Notes under the pieces: model-generated
Told to the model about the DNA's origin: nothing
Databases searched by the model: none
What the model saw: the letters and a program-made list of their open reading frames with translations, nothing else
Assembly: GCF_964213995.1 (NCBI RefSeq)
Contig: NW_027590162.1
Coordinates: 868,001 to 932,000 of the forward strand
DNA: 64,000 nt
Reading direction: 5' to 3'
From: Mustelus asterias
Taxonomy: Eukaryota
Program-made: the position numbers and the translations under genes
In this document: one piece after another, positions 40,905 through 52,328 of the stretch
How positions within the stretch are numbered: position 1 is the stretch's first letter
How the letters are laid out: each line of letters starts with the position of its first letter

Positions 40905-41039
40905 GCGATGGTGGTCTGGTGGTGAGCACAGCTACCTTCCAAACAATTGACCTGGGTTCGATTCCCGGCTAGTTTATGTGGAACCTTGTCCACGGCCTCT
41001 TGTCTTTTAAACCGAGGGGACAAAAACAGGGCGAACGCA
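40905..41039 (+). pseudogene. tRNA-Gly-TCC: tRNA-Gly(TCC) pseudogene split by a ~63-bp insertion
   Basis: GCGATGGTGGTCTGGTGGTGAGCACAGCTACCTTCCAAACAATTGACCTGGGTTCGATTCCCGGC (40905-40969), then an insert, then GAACGCA (41033-41039). Several stem mismatches. Confidence 0.85.
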
Positions 41040-41275
41040 ACATTTGACAGGAATGAAATAAAACAATAAAAGTTTCTTTTTTTTCTTCGGACGTAATTCG
41101 TTTCAAATGAAAAATTATTGAAATAGAAAAACAAATCTCTGACCTAATAAATGAGTTCTCCATCAGAGACAAAGATAAAATTACAGCTCACTCACTGTGT
41201 TCTGCACAATCCTGGTACCTGATGAAGTTAATATGAACGTTATTGGGGTGGTTCCATCATTCTGACACATGTGCA

Positions 41276-41356
41276 GCTGCGATGACTGAGTGGTTAAGGC
41301 TTTGGACTTAAAATCAAATGGGGTTTCCCGTGCAGGTTCGAATGCTGCTTGCAGCT
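41276..41356 (+). pseudogene. tRNA-Ser-type body with anticodon TAA (probable pseudogene)
   Basis: GCTGCGATGACTGAGTGGTTAAGGCTTTGGACTTAAAATCAAATGGGGTTTCCCGTGCAGGTTCGAATGCTGCTTGCAGCT resembles vertebrate Ser-CGA/TGA tRNAs, including the GGGG/CCC variable arm. The anticodon at 41309-41311 reads TAA. Confidence 0.85.
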
Positions 41357-42569
41357 GTTATGATTGGAAGTATTAATTTCGGCTACTTCAGGCAGCCAGA
41401 GAGTTCCAAATCCTGGTGAATTTTTGGCATGAAGTATTTGGATCTCCATCATGCTTTCAGCTGCAAGGCTCCGGGCTGGGTGCAGGAAGGTGAGCTTGGA
41501 AAGGACACCTGGGTTTCCTTAGGCTGGCATGGACAAGATCGGCCGAATGGGTTCCTTCTGTGCCTTTATTTTTCTCTGGTTCTTTCTCTGTTTCCATCAG
41601 GAAAATCATAACGTGAGCAGAATGAAACAAAGCAGCATCAGGGGCACAAGGACAAAACAAGGTCAGAGGAAGATTCTTATGTAATGACACACAGAGCATA
41701 AGAAATACATTTCATCAGAATACATTGAATGAATGAGAATTTCAAAATGCTGCTTAGATGATATGTCATCGTGTTCATTCAAACACATTGCTACACACTG
41801 GTCATTACTGGGCGTTAGGTATTCTTGGTAATAACAATTTGGGAATGGGAGGGGCAGGATCACATCTGCACATTGACAGGTCAAACTGTGTCTCAGGTTG
41901 ACAGCTCCCAGGACAGGCTGTCCTCTCCGCTCGCTCTGTGCTGTGGATTCTCGGGGATTAGTTGGAGTTTCCCAGCTCAGTAACTGTTTAAGCCTCTGAG
42001 ACCGGTGATGCTCACAACGTCTGTTCCCCAGATTCAGGGGACTGCAGCCAATCAGAGCTGTGCCTGGGTTAACCCAGAACTGTTTGAAATGATGATTTTG
42101 TTCACAAGCTGAATTCTATTTGATCAGATGAAGGTACAGATTGTGTACACTCAGTCAGGAAACAACAATATCCCGTCTTCATATAGAGTTGATGAGCGGG
42201 GGTGCAGGGATAGACAGAGTGAGTCAGGGCGGTGAGACAAAGATAGCCAGACAATGTCTCAGTGACAGAAATCCTTGTAAATTCCGGCTTTCTCCAGAGA
42301 GATTCTCTTGGAGATTCAGAAGCTGCAGTCCCGGCTCTCACTGATATTGTAGCAGAGACACATTATTAATTCCACACTCAGGAACAGTGCTGTATTTTGA
42401 CAGAAGAGATGGGAAAAGGCAATAGAAACTGTATGGTCCAGTTCTAAACAGTGTGCAGGCTCAGAGGGACCTGAGGTTCAAAGAGACCTTTGAAGGTGAG
42501 AGGAGATTTTAACAGAAAGTGGATGGGATCTTTGGCTTCATAAATGGAAGCACTGAGTATCCATCGGAT

Positions 42570-42880
42570 CCCTCATACTCTACAGTGTAAAAGGAAGCCA
42601 TTCGGCCCATTGTATCTGCACTGACTCACCTAAGGAACATCTTTTGTCCATTTTTACCATGGTTAATCCCTTAACCTGCACATCTTGGAATACTAAGGGG
42701 CAATCTATCATGTCTAATCCATTTAATCTGTACGGCTTTGGGAGGAAACTGGAGCACCTGGAGAAAACCCATGCAGTCCCAGGGAGAACAAACTTGCAAA
42801 CTACACACAGTCACCCATGGTGGTATTGAACATGGGTCCAAGACGCTGTGAAACAGCAGTGCTAACCACTGTGCCAGTGT
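42570..42880 (-). mobile_element. Older V-SINE copy
   Basis: Diverged head (AACAGCAGTGCTAACCACTGTGCC on +) and diverged V core. Confidence 0.8.
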
Positions 42881-43278
42881 AACGTTAACAACCCAATTCC
42901 CTTCTGAATGCCTCACTTGAAGCTGCATCACCACATTGTCAGACAATGCATCGCAGAGCTGAACTACTCACTGCGGGAAAGGGATTTCCCATTATGCTTC
43001 AATCACTAAGGAAGGGTCAGTAAATTAGTCCATAGGATGAAAGGATTTCATATGATGTGAATCTGAGTAAACTGGGTCTGTATTCTCTGTGATTTAGAAG
43101 CATGAGAGGCAAAACATTAAAACATACAAGATTCTGAAGGGGTTTGATTTTGTGGACATTGGGAGATTGCGGAAGCTGGCTCAGTGTAAGGATCAGATCA
43201 TTTCAGACTGACAAGAGAATACATTTCTGCACTCATTGGATTGTGATCCTTTGACAGGTTCCATTGTTGAATACACTA

Positions 43279-43602
43279 GGGGTGGCACAGCGGTTAGCAT
43301 TGCTGCCTCAAAGCGCCAGGGACCCAGGTTCAGTTTTGCCTTGACTGATTGTCTATGTGGAGCTTGCATGTTCTACCCGTGTTTGCGTTTCCTCTGGGTG
43401 CTCTGGTTTCCTCCCACACTCCAAACATTAGGTGGATTGACCATGCTAAAATTGACGCTCAGTGTCTCAAATCTAAGTTAGGGGGATTAGCAGGATAACG
43501 ATGTGAGGTTACCGGGATAGGTTCTGGGTGGGATGCTCTGTCAGAGTCAGTGCAGACACAATGGGCCAAATGGCTTCCATCTGCACTGTGGGCAATCTAT
43601 GA
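43279..43602 (+). mobile_element. Older V-SINE copy
   Basis: GGGGTGGCACAGCGGTTAGCATTGCTGCCTCA head, V core and HE1-like tail. Confidence 0.82.
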
Positions 43603-44289
43603 CAGTTAAGGCTGAGATAGACAAATTTTGGTTTCTCAGGGAATCAAGTGGGTGAGGAGTAAAGTGGAGTTCAATCCCAAGATCTGAAACTGTAAGCAGC
43701 TGGTATGTTCACATCTGGAGTCTGCACCTACAGTTTTGAATCCACACTTTCAGAGAGATGTACAGCTCATAGAGAGAGTGCAAAGATGTGTAACCAGGAA
43801 AATGGAAGGCATGAGAGGAACACCTTGAGGGATTAAGAATTATTGGATTCCAATCTTTCAAGGAAACTGACTTATGGTTTAGTTCAAGTTTATAAATTGA
43901 TACATGGTCTTACTGCCCAAGCTTGAAAAGTTCTTTATTCACATTTACCATATTTTGGGTGGTCGTCAGTATAAACTACAGAAATTTGGTTCACGTCTTA
44001 ATAGTCACAGATTGTTTCCCTCACATGGAATTGTTGATATTTCAAATGCTTGGCCTGATTTTGTTTTGAATGCTGAAAACGCAGTGACTTTTGGAAAACT
44101 TGTCAGAAATACAGTGTGATTTCTATGTATGTATTGTCTGATGATGTTGCTGTTCTTGTTTTAATGCTGTGCCTCTGTGCTTTGCACTATATGGCAATAA
44201 AGATACAGAAATCATAATTGTATTGAATGGTGGAACATTATCGAAGAACCACGTGATCAATGTCTGCTCTTATTTCCATTGTTCTTGTG

Positions 44290-46240
44290 ACTGGAAGAGA
44301 CAGATTCATGGATACTGAGGGAAATAAGGGTAGAAATTGCAGAGGCATTGGCGAAAAGTTTCCTATCCGAGCTGGTTATATGAGTGGTGCCAGAGGACTG
44401 GAGAATTGCAAATGGTAAGCTTCTTTCGAAAAGGCTGTGAGGATAAGCCAATTAAAGTCCAATCAGTTTAACCTCAGCAATTGTAAGGAATAATCATTAA
44501 GACAACATATATTGATATGTAAGGAATAATCATTAAGACAACATATATTGGAAGGAATAATTATTAGGACAAGTAGGAGATAATAATTAACATAGAAGAG
44601 ATAATCACTACTTAAGAAGCTCTCATATATCATCACATATCTTATTAAGCATACACTTGTACCCTTTTAAGTGCACAATACCTTACCAGGTCAGTACACA
44701 TGGATACTCACATAAATGAACATAAAGGCTAAAAGAAGTCAAGCAAACACACAGAAGCTGAAAGTAATTTCTTAAATAAACGTGAGAAAGTCAGACAACG
44801 GGAAAAAAGACTTGGCATAGCAGGATGCCCTACAATGGTTGAACAAACAACAACCTTGGCTGATTAGACAATAAACTTCAGATAAGGCGGCAAGATGTAA
44901 CCACAGTGATATCATAGCACATTCATTAGTGACCAATCAGAAAGAAGGCAGATCACGTAGGTCTAGTAAACCATGGTGGCTAACGAAAAGTGGCCTTGGG
45001 GTCTGCAACAAAAAAACCTTGACTGTAAGATAAGAATGATGAAATATGAAGCGAAATGTGGATAAAAAGGACTGTGAGAGCACTGGTTTTTTGGATTCAT
45101 CTGGAAATCCCGGCTTTATTGAAATGTATTAGCTAATAAAGCCTTGCTGCCTGGAAGATCAAGACTCAGACTCTCTATTCTGATTGATGAACTCTTCTTG
45201 CCGTCCACGGGGAACCACGGCACAATGTGGAACATTCTCCAAACAATAAGTGGAGATAAAATTAACACTCACTTGTGATAATGTGCATTAATTAAGGAAA
45301 ACACAGAGGTAATTATTAAAGAGGAATCATATTTAATGAACTTGCTCGAGATTTTCATGAGGATAACAGAAAAGGTGAATGTGAACATGGACTGCCAAAA
45401 AGCATTTTATAAATAAAGAGCCACACAGCAAACTTGTGGGAATATTTGGAGCTGATAGAATAAAAGTGACAGCAGCAACATCGATAGGAAACTGACTGAG
45501 TGACAGGAAACACAACAGTGGGAAATGTTTTTATTTGGAATGGAGGTCGGTTAAAGTGGGATTCCAGGAGGGTTGGGGTTAGGAATCCTGCTCCTCTTGA
45601 TACATATTAGAGACATTGGCAATGCTTTACAGAGCGCACATTCAAACTGTGGTAATTATACAATACATGGCAGCATTGTGAACAGTGAGGGGGTCGTGCT
45701 GAAGCTGGAAGTTCCTTATACACCTTGTGGATTCGTCAAACAAGACCAATTTAAAGCAGAGAAATGTGAAATGATTTATTTCATTGGGAAGAAAAGGTTG
45801 AGACAATATGAAAGTAATGATACAATTGTAAAGGCATGCAGGAACAAGGGGCCTGCAGTTAAATGTGACACTAATAATTGCTGTTTGAGTGACAAGTTGA
45901 GAGCGTGGTTAATAAAGTATTTGGTTTTGTGAGCTTTATACAAAGGGGCACAGAGTACAAGAGCAAGCAAGTTATGGAAAACCTGTATAAAACACTGGTT
46001 TGGCCTCATTTGGAGTATTTGACTCTGATCTGGACAGCAGCCTTTGGAAAGGATGTGAAGGCATTAGAGAGGGTGCAATAAATCTCTGGGCATGGGTCCA
46101 GGGATGAGGAAGGTCAGTTACATCGGCAGATTGAGAATTTGGGTCTGTTCTCTTTTACAAAGAGAAGGTTGAGAGGAGATTTGATAGAAGTGTTCAGAAT
46201 TGTGGAGGGAATTGGAAGGAGCTGGTAGGGAGAAGCTGTG
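44290..46240 (+). mobile_element. Old decayed CR1 hosting the solo LTR
   Basis: Recognisable pieces encoding VPEDWRIAN, KCEMIYF, LYKTLVWPHLEY and RLRGDLIEVF in order. Confidence 0.7.
44482..45222 (+). mobile_element. Solo LTR (741 bp) inserted in a CR1 remnant
   Basis: TG...CA termini, 4-bp TSD CAAT (44478-44481 / 45223-45226), CCAAT at 44933, GATAAAAA at 45061 and AATAAA at 45135-45140. Confidence 0.82.
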
Positions 46241-46412
46241 ATGTCCCAATCTTCCTCTGTCAGGAAGTGTTCCCCAAACTGAATGGACAGGGCACTTTCC
46301 CGGTTACACTTCTCCGGCAATGCTAAATATTCTGAGTACTTGTTTTAATGTAAAACATTTAAGATAATTATACAAACACAATAAATTGTTTAGAGTAAAG
46401 AAGAAACATTAA

Positions 46413-47035
46413 AAATGAAAATTCATGTTGACGTCTCTCTGCTGGGCTTTTAGTCTTTCCAGTATGGGCCAGTGGTCTGATTAATCTGATGGTGCTTTTC
46501 CCAGTCGCCTGCGTAACGTGGCTCGAATCTCGGTCTTCCAGGTTTTGAACTGCATAGCGGAGCATTTGAGAAAGTACTGGGGCTGAATGGCCTCATCTAG
46601 CTCTAGTCTTCCTTCCGTCTGGTGAACTGATCTGACATCCACCCCAGAGTGGAGATGCTGCATAGATTGTCTTAAAAATGGTCTCTAAGCTGAGGGAGTG
46701 ACTGTAAATCTCGTCACCACTTCCATCCTAATTTCCTCCACTTCAGTCAGTCCATCAATGTCAGAAGGAGTCAGAACTGGAGTAGGAGACTCCACCAATG
46801 ATTGAGGTCCCATCTTTGACCACTCAAGCATCCTGCCTTGCCTCACACCTTCTCTGTTCTCCAGCAGCGGTGACGTTCCAGGGTCTTGGCTGCTCTGAAT
46901 GGCCTGTTTGAGGGTCTCCTTGCTCCAAAGCAGATTACTTTTGATGTCTGCCAGCAAGTTGTTGAGATTTGGCTCCTCTTCACCTCCAACTTCAGACCAA
47001 TCGGGAACTTCCATCTTCCAAGCTTCTCGGGGCTG
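46413..47035 (-). pseudogene. Unidentified decayed reading frame (about 205 codons, two in-frame stops)
   Basis: ORFs 46685-47053 and 46481-46663 are in the same frame separated by one TAG, and the frame continues past a TAA. It is preceded by the acceptor-like TTGTTGTTTCTGTTCAACCAG. Confidence 0.4.
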
Positions 47036-47159
47036 GTTGAACAGAAACAACAATAATTAAGGATTTTGCAGAGTTGTTACATTCGAGCAGATTTCCCCCT
47101 GGGGCATTTCATTAAACACCGGCTTTTTCACTTCATTATTAACTGCAGGAATGGCAATG

Positions 47160-47785
47160 GAATGTATTGGTTCATTTATCATCACATAGGAGTTGGGACG
47201 TCATGTTGAAGTTGTACAAGACATTGGTAAGGCCTCACTAGGAATACTGTGTACAGTTCTGGTCACACTTTTATAGAAAGGATATTATTAAACTAGAAAG
47301 AGTGCAGAAAAGATTACTAGGATGCTACCGGGACTTGATGGTTTGAGTTCTAAGGAGAGGTTGAATAGTCTGGGACTTTTTGTCTGGAGCGTAGGAGGCT
47401 TCGGGATGATCTTACAGAGGTTATAAAATAATGAGGGCCATAGATGAGGTAGATAGTCAACATCTTTTCCAAAAGTTAGGGGAGTCTAAAAGTGGAGGGC
47501 ATAGGTTTAAGGTGAGAGGGGAGAAACACAAAAGGGTCCAGAGGGGCAACTTTTTCACACAGAGGGTGGTGAGTGTCTGGAACGAGCTGCCAGAGGTAGT
47601 AGTAAAAGACAATTTTGTCTTTTAAAAAGCATTTAGATAGTTGCATGGGTAAGATTGGTAAAGAGGGATATGGGCCAAACGCAGGCAATTGGGACTAGCT
47701 TATTGGTAAAAGCTGGGCAGCACGGATGAGTTGGGCTGAAGGGCCTATTTCCAGCTGTGAATGTCTGTGACTGTATGACTATGAC
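47160..47785 (+). mobile_element. CR1 3' fragment
   Basis: Similar to 61680-62258 and, inverted, to 58880-59425. Confidence 0.88.
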
Positions 47786-48934
47786 TCTAGCCCTAACTGG
47801 AAATGATGCAGGTTGTCACTATCATTGCTGTAAGTGGGATGGGGACAATGCTCACTCACAGCATCAGGTAAAACACCAAATCAATGGTAAACATTGTCAG
47901 CATCCAGTGAAACTTGGTAACTATGGTAACGGGTCGGTACATTGACAACACAGGACTCAGTGACAATAGCTTCATACCCAACAGGATGATGTCACCAGGA
48001 TCTACAATTCCCCCAGTTTGGAGATTCCAGTCAGACACCAGTGAAAAGTCAAAAGATTTTCATTTCTATCGAACCAATCATTATCTCAGGAGTTCCCAAA
48101 GGACATCCAATGTATGACTTCTTTAAGAGGTCATAGAGTCAGAGAATTTTACAGCACAGAAAGAGGCCATTCAGCCCCTCGTGTATGCACCGGCCATCAG
48201 CACCTATCTATTCTAATCCCATTTTTCAGCGCGTGTCCGATCTGGATGAGGGAACCAAACGTAACATTTCCACGTTTGCTGACAACACAAAACTGGGCGG
48301 AATTGTGAGTTGTGAGGAGGATGTAAGGAGGCTTCAAGGTGATTTAGACAAGTTGAGTGAGTGAACAAACACATGGCAGATGCAGCACAACGTGGCTAAA
48401 TATGAAGTTATACACTTTGGTGTGAAAAACAGAAAGGAAAGGATGAGAGGAGATCTGATTGAAACATATAAAATTCTAACAGGGCTGGACAGACTAGCTG
48501 CAGGAAGGATGTTTTCCTTGGTTGGGGAATGTAGAACAAGGGGACACAGTCTTAGGATACAGGGTTCACCATTTAGAAATGAGATGAGGAGAGATTTCTT
48601 CACTTAGAACCTGTGGAATTCTCTACCACAGAAGCTGTGGCGACCAAGTCACTGCATATATTCAAGAAGGAGAGAGAGATTTTTTAAGATTTTAATGGCA
48701 TCAAGGGGTATTGGGAAAAACTGCGAATATGGAATTGAGATATAGGATCAGCCATGGTCACATTGAATGATGGAACAGACTCAAAGGCCTGAATGGCCGT
48801 CTCCGAGTTTCTATGTTTCCAAGTTCTGATGAAAGGTCACAGACCTGAAAAACTAACTCTGTTTCTCTCCGTAAACAGATGCTGCACAATCTGCTGAGCT
48901 TTCTTTTCTGTTTCATTTCAGATTTCCAGCGTCT

Positions 48935-50111
48935 GAACTGAACCCAGCCAGAGTCAGCACCTTCAGGAGAGAGAGAGAGAGGAATCAGTGAATGTAGAAC
49001 TGAACCCAGCCAGAGTCAGCACCTTCAGGAGAGAGAGAGAGGAACCAGTGAGTGTGGAACTGAACCCAGCCAGAGTCAGCACCTTCAGGAGAGAGAGAGG
49101 AACCAGTGAGTGTAGAACTGAACCCAGCCAGAGTCAGCACCTTCAGGGGAGAGAGAGAGAGAGGAATCAGTGAATGTAGAACTGAACCCAGCCAGAGTCA
49201 GCACCTTCAGGAGAGAGAGAGAGAGGAACCAGTGAGTGTGGAACTGAACACAGCCAGAGTCAGCACCTTCAGGAGAGCGAGGAACCAGTGAGTGTGGAAC
49301 TGAACACAGCCAGAGTCAGCACCTTCAGGAGAGGGAGGAACCAGTGAGTGTGGAACTGAACACAGCCAGAGTCAGCACCTTCAGGAGAGAGCGAGGAACC
49401 AGTGAGTGTGGAACTGAACACAGCCAGAGTCAGCAACTTCAGGAGAGAGAGAGAGAGGAACCAGTGAGTGTAGAACTGAACCCAGCCAGAGTCAGCACCT
49501 TCAGGAGAGAGAGAGAGAGGAACCAGTGAGTGTGGAACTGAACACAGCCAGAGTCAGCACCTTCAGGAGAGCGAGGAACCAGTGAGTGTGGAACTGAACA
49601 CAGCCAGAGTCAGCACCTTCAGGAGAGAGAGAGGAACCAGTGAGTGTGGAACTGAACACAGCCAGAGTCAGCACCTTCAGGAGAGAGAGCGAGGAACCAG
49701 TGAGTGTGGAACTGAACACAGCCAGAGTCAGCAACTTCAGGAGAGAGAGAGAGAGCAACCAGTGAGTGTGGAACTGAACCCAGCCAGAGTCAGCACCTTC
49801 AGGAGAGAGAGAGGAACCAGTGAGTGTAGAACTGAACCAGCTAGAGTCAGCACCTTCAGGAGAAAGAGAGAGAGGAACCAGTGAGTGTAGAACTGAACCC
49901 AGCCAGAGTCAGCACCTTCAATAGAGAGAGAGAGGAACCAGTGAGTGTAGAACTGAACCAGCTAGAGTCAGCACCTTCAGGAGAAAGAGAGAGAGGAACC
50001 AGTGAGTGTAGAACTGAACCCAGCCAGAGTCAGCACCTTCAATAGAGAGAGAGAGGAACCAGTGAGTGTAGAACTGAACCCAGCCAGAGTCAGCACCTTC
50101 AGGGGATAGAG
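48935..50111 (+). repeat. ~55-64-bp minisatellite, about 20 units, with a variable (GA)n tract
   Basis: GAACTGAACCCAGCCAGAGTCAGCACCTTCAG(GA)nGGAACCAGTGAGTGT. Confidence 0.97.
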
Positions 50112-50279
50112 AGGTAATTAATTTAAGCCCTGTATTCAAAATCAGAAGTAGAGAGGATTTGATTTGATTTGATTTATTATTGTCACATGTATTAACATAT
50201 TGTTTCTTGCGCGCTATCCAGACAAAACATACCGTTCATAGAGAAGGAAATGAGAGAGTTCAGAATGTAGTGTTACAGG

Positions 50280-51200
50280 AAAGAGGGAACCAACGACCAG
50301 TGAGCTGAACGTCGGTCGTAGGGCAGTTGCTGGAGTCCATTATCAAGCGTTTGAAAAGCAGTGTTCTAATCAGATAAAGTCAGCATGGATTTACAAAAGG
50401 GAAATCATGCTTGACAAAACTACTAGAATTCTTTGAGGATGTAACTAGTAGAGTTGACCAGGGAGAACCGGTGGATGTGATTTATTTTGACTTTCAGAAG
50501 GCTTTGGACAAGGTCTTACATAACGGTTTTAAGTTATAAAGTTTAAGTTTGTTTATTAGTGTCACAAGTAGGTTTACATTAACACTGCAATGAAGTTATT
50601 GTGAAAATCCCCCAGTCGCCATACTCTGCCACCTGTTCGGGTAGATTGAGAGAATTTAGCATGGCCAATGCAACTAACCAGCATGCCTTTCAGACTGTGG
50701 GAGGAAACCAGAGCATCCAGAGGAAACCCACGCACACACAGAGGGAACATGCAAACTCCACAAGTGACCCAAGCCAGGAATCGAACCCGGCTCCCTGGCG
50801 CTGTGAGACAGCAGTGCCAACCACTGTGCCGCCGTGCCACTCTGCTACTATGTAAAGTTAAAGTACATGGGATTGTGGGTAGCATCTTGAGATGGATAGA
50901 AAGCTGGTTAGCAGACAGGAAGCAAAGAGATGGCATAAATGGATCTTTTTCCAATTGGAAGGCAGTGATTAGTGGGGTACCGCAGGGATCTGTGCTTGGA
51001 CCCCAACTGTTCATATTATATATTAATGATTTGGACACAGGAACTAAATGTATTATGTCCAAACATGTAGATGATACAATATTGGGTGGGAGGGTGAGCT
51101 GTGAGGAGCATGCAGAGATCCTCCAGCGTGATTTGGACAGGCTGCGTGTCCAAATCACGCTGCATGGCAGATGCGGTATAATGTGGATAAATATGCAGCG
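50280..51200 (+). mobile_element. CR1 RT fragment split by a SINE
   Basis: QHGFTKGKSCLTKLLEFFE...[25 protein letters not shown]. Confidence 0.88.
50530..50840 (-). mobile_element. V-SINE with a different 3' tail, nested in CR1
   Basis: The head and V core are as in HE1, but the tail is ...CTTGTGACACTAATAAAC with short AAACTT repeats. Confidence 0.8.
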
Positions 51201-52328
51201 ACCACTATGGGAATGTGGAAAATATGTAAGAAAATGTGGGTCCGTAACTCCCTTTCTTTAATATGGGGTGTGTCGTCTGGGCACATTCATCAGTCTGTGT
51301 GGGTTTGTGATGATTTCTAGACTCTATCAGTAGTACCATATCTGTGTGTCAGACTGATTCGTGTCATTCAGGATCAGGCTCAGGTGCTGTCAGTGAGTTC
51401 AGTAACAGTCTGTATCTGTCAGTGTCTGGTAATGGACATGTGCTGGGGAATGATTCTGAATCTGTCTGTCACTGCTACTCTGACAGTGTGGGATTCATTA
51501 CATAACCGCAGGCCCTGGGACAGTTTAACAGTCTGGATTCATTCCACATTGAAATTTCAGCACAGAAACAGGCCATTGATGCTGTAGGTTTTTTCAAAAA
51601 AAATTCTAGTTTTTGCCTTGTATGAAATCACTTTGTGTGAGCACAATTGTGGAGGATCATACATCTTTTCATCTAACACGCCATTGTTAAGTAAAGGTAA
51701 GTGTAATTCACATTTTAATAATCAAATTGATTCCTTTATCATTCACTGTGTTTGGGAGAACTTTATACTTGAATGTTGAGCTCAGTTTTACTGTGAGAAT
51801 TATTACAATTTCTGCCCGACACGTCAGAGGCTTTAAGTCAGGTATGTGATCTGTATCTCAGTTTGTACCAATTTATATGTATCCTTATTATAATAATCAG
51901 TGTGTGTCTCAGATTATACAATCATTTATTTCTATCTGGTATTTAATTGAATTGCAACTAATGCTACAATATTGTAGGACTGACACACTGACAATCTGAT
52001 AGCGGGTGAGAATTTGGACTGGGATTTATGTATCTCCCTGTCAGTGGTACTGACTTGGGGTGACATGGAAACAATGTCTGTCTCTCCTGCTCGGATTGAT
52101 TGTTGGATTGAAAATGTGTCTCTGCAACCATTTCTGCTGCCTGAGACTGTGGAACTGATGCACTCAGAGAACAGACATACTGTGTGTGAGGAGCTCGCTG
52201 CACTGTTCATTGCGACTCAGGTGAGGAAACTTCAAACTAACCTTGATTGGTTCAATGATTTGCCTGTCAGGAATAATTTACTCATTGTAACCCAATTACA
52301 GGTGAGGGAATAATACACAGCCCTTTCT

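Noticed and set aside
48935-50111. CRISPR-like look of constant repeat plus variable part (also the 20-bp and 40-bp arrays)
   Set aside because: The variable parts are only (GA)n or (GT)n length changes, not unique spacers. There are no cas genes and the context is vertebrate.
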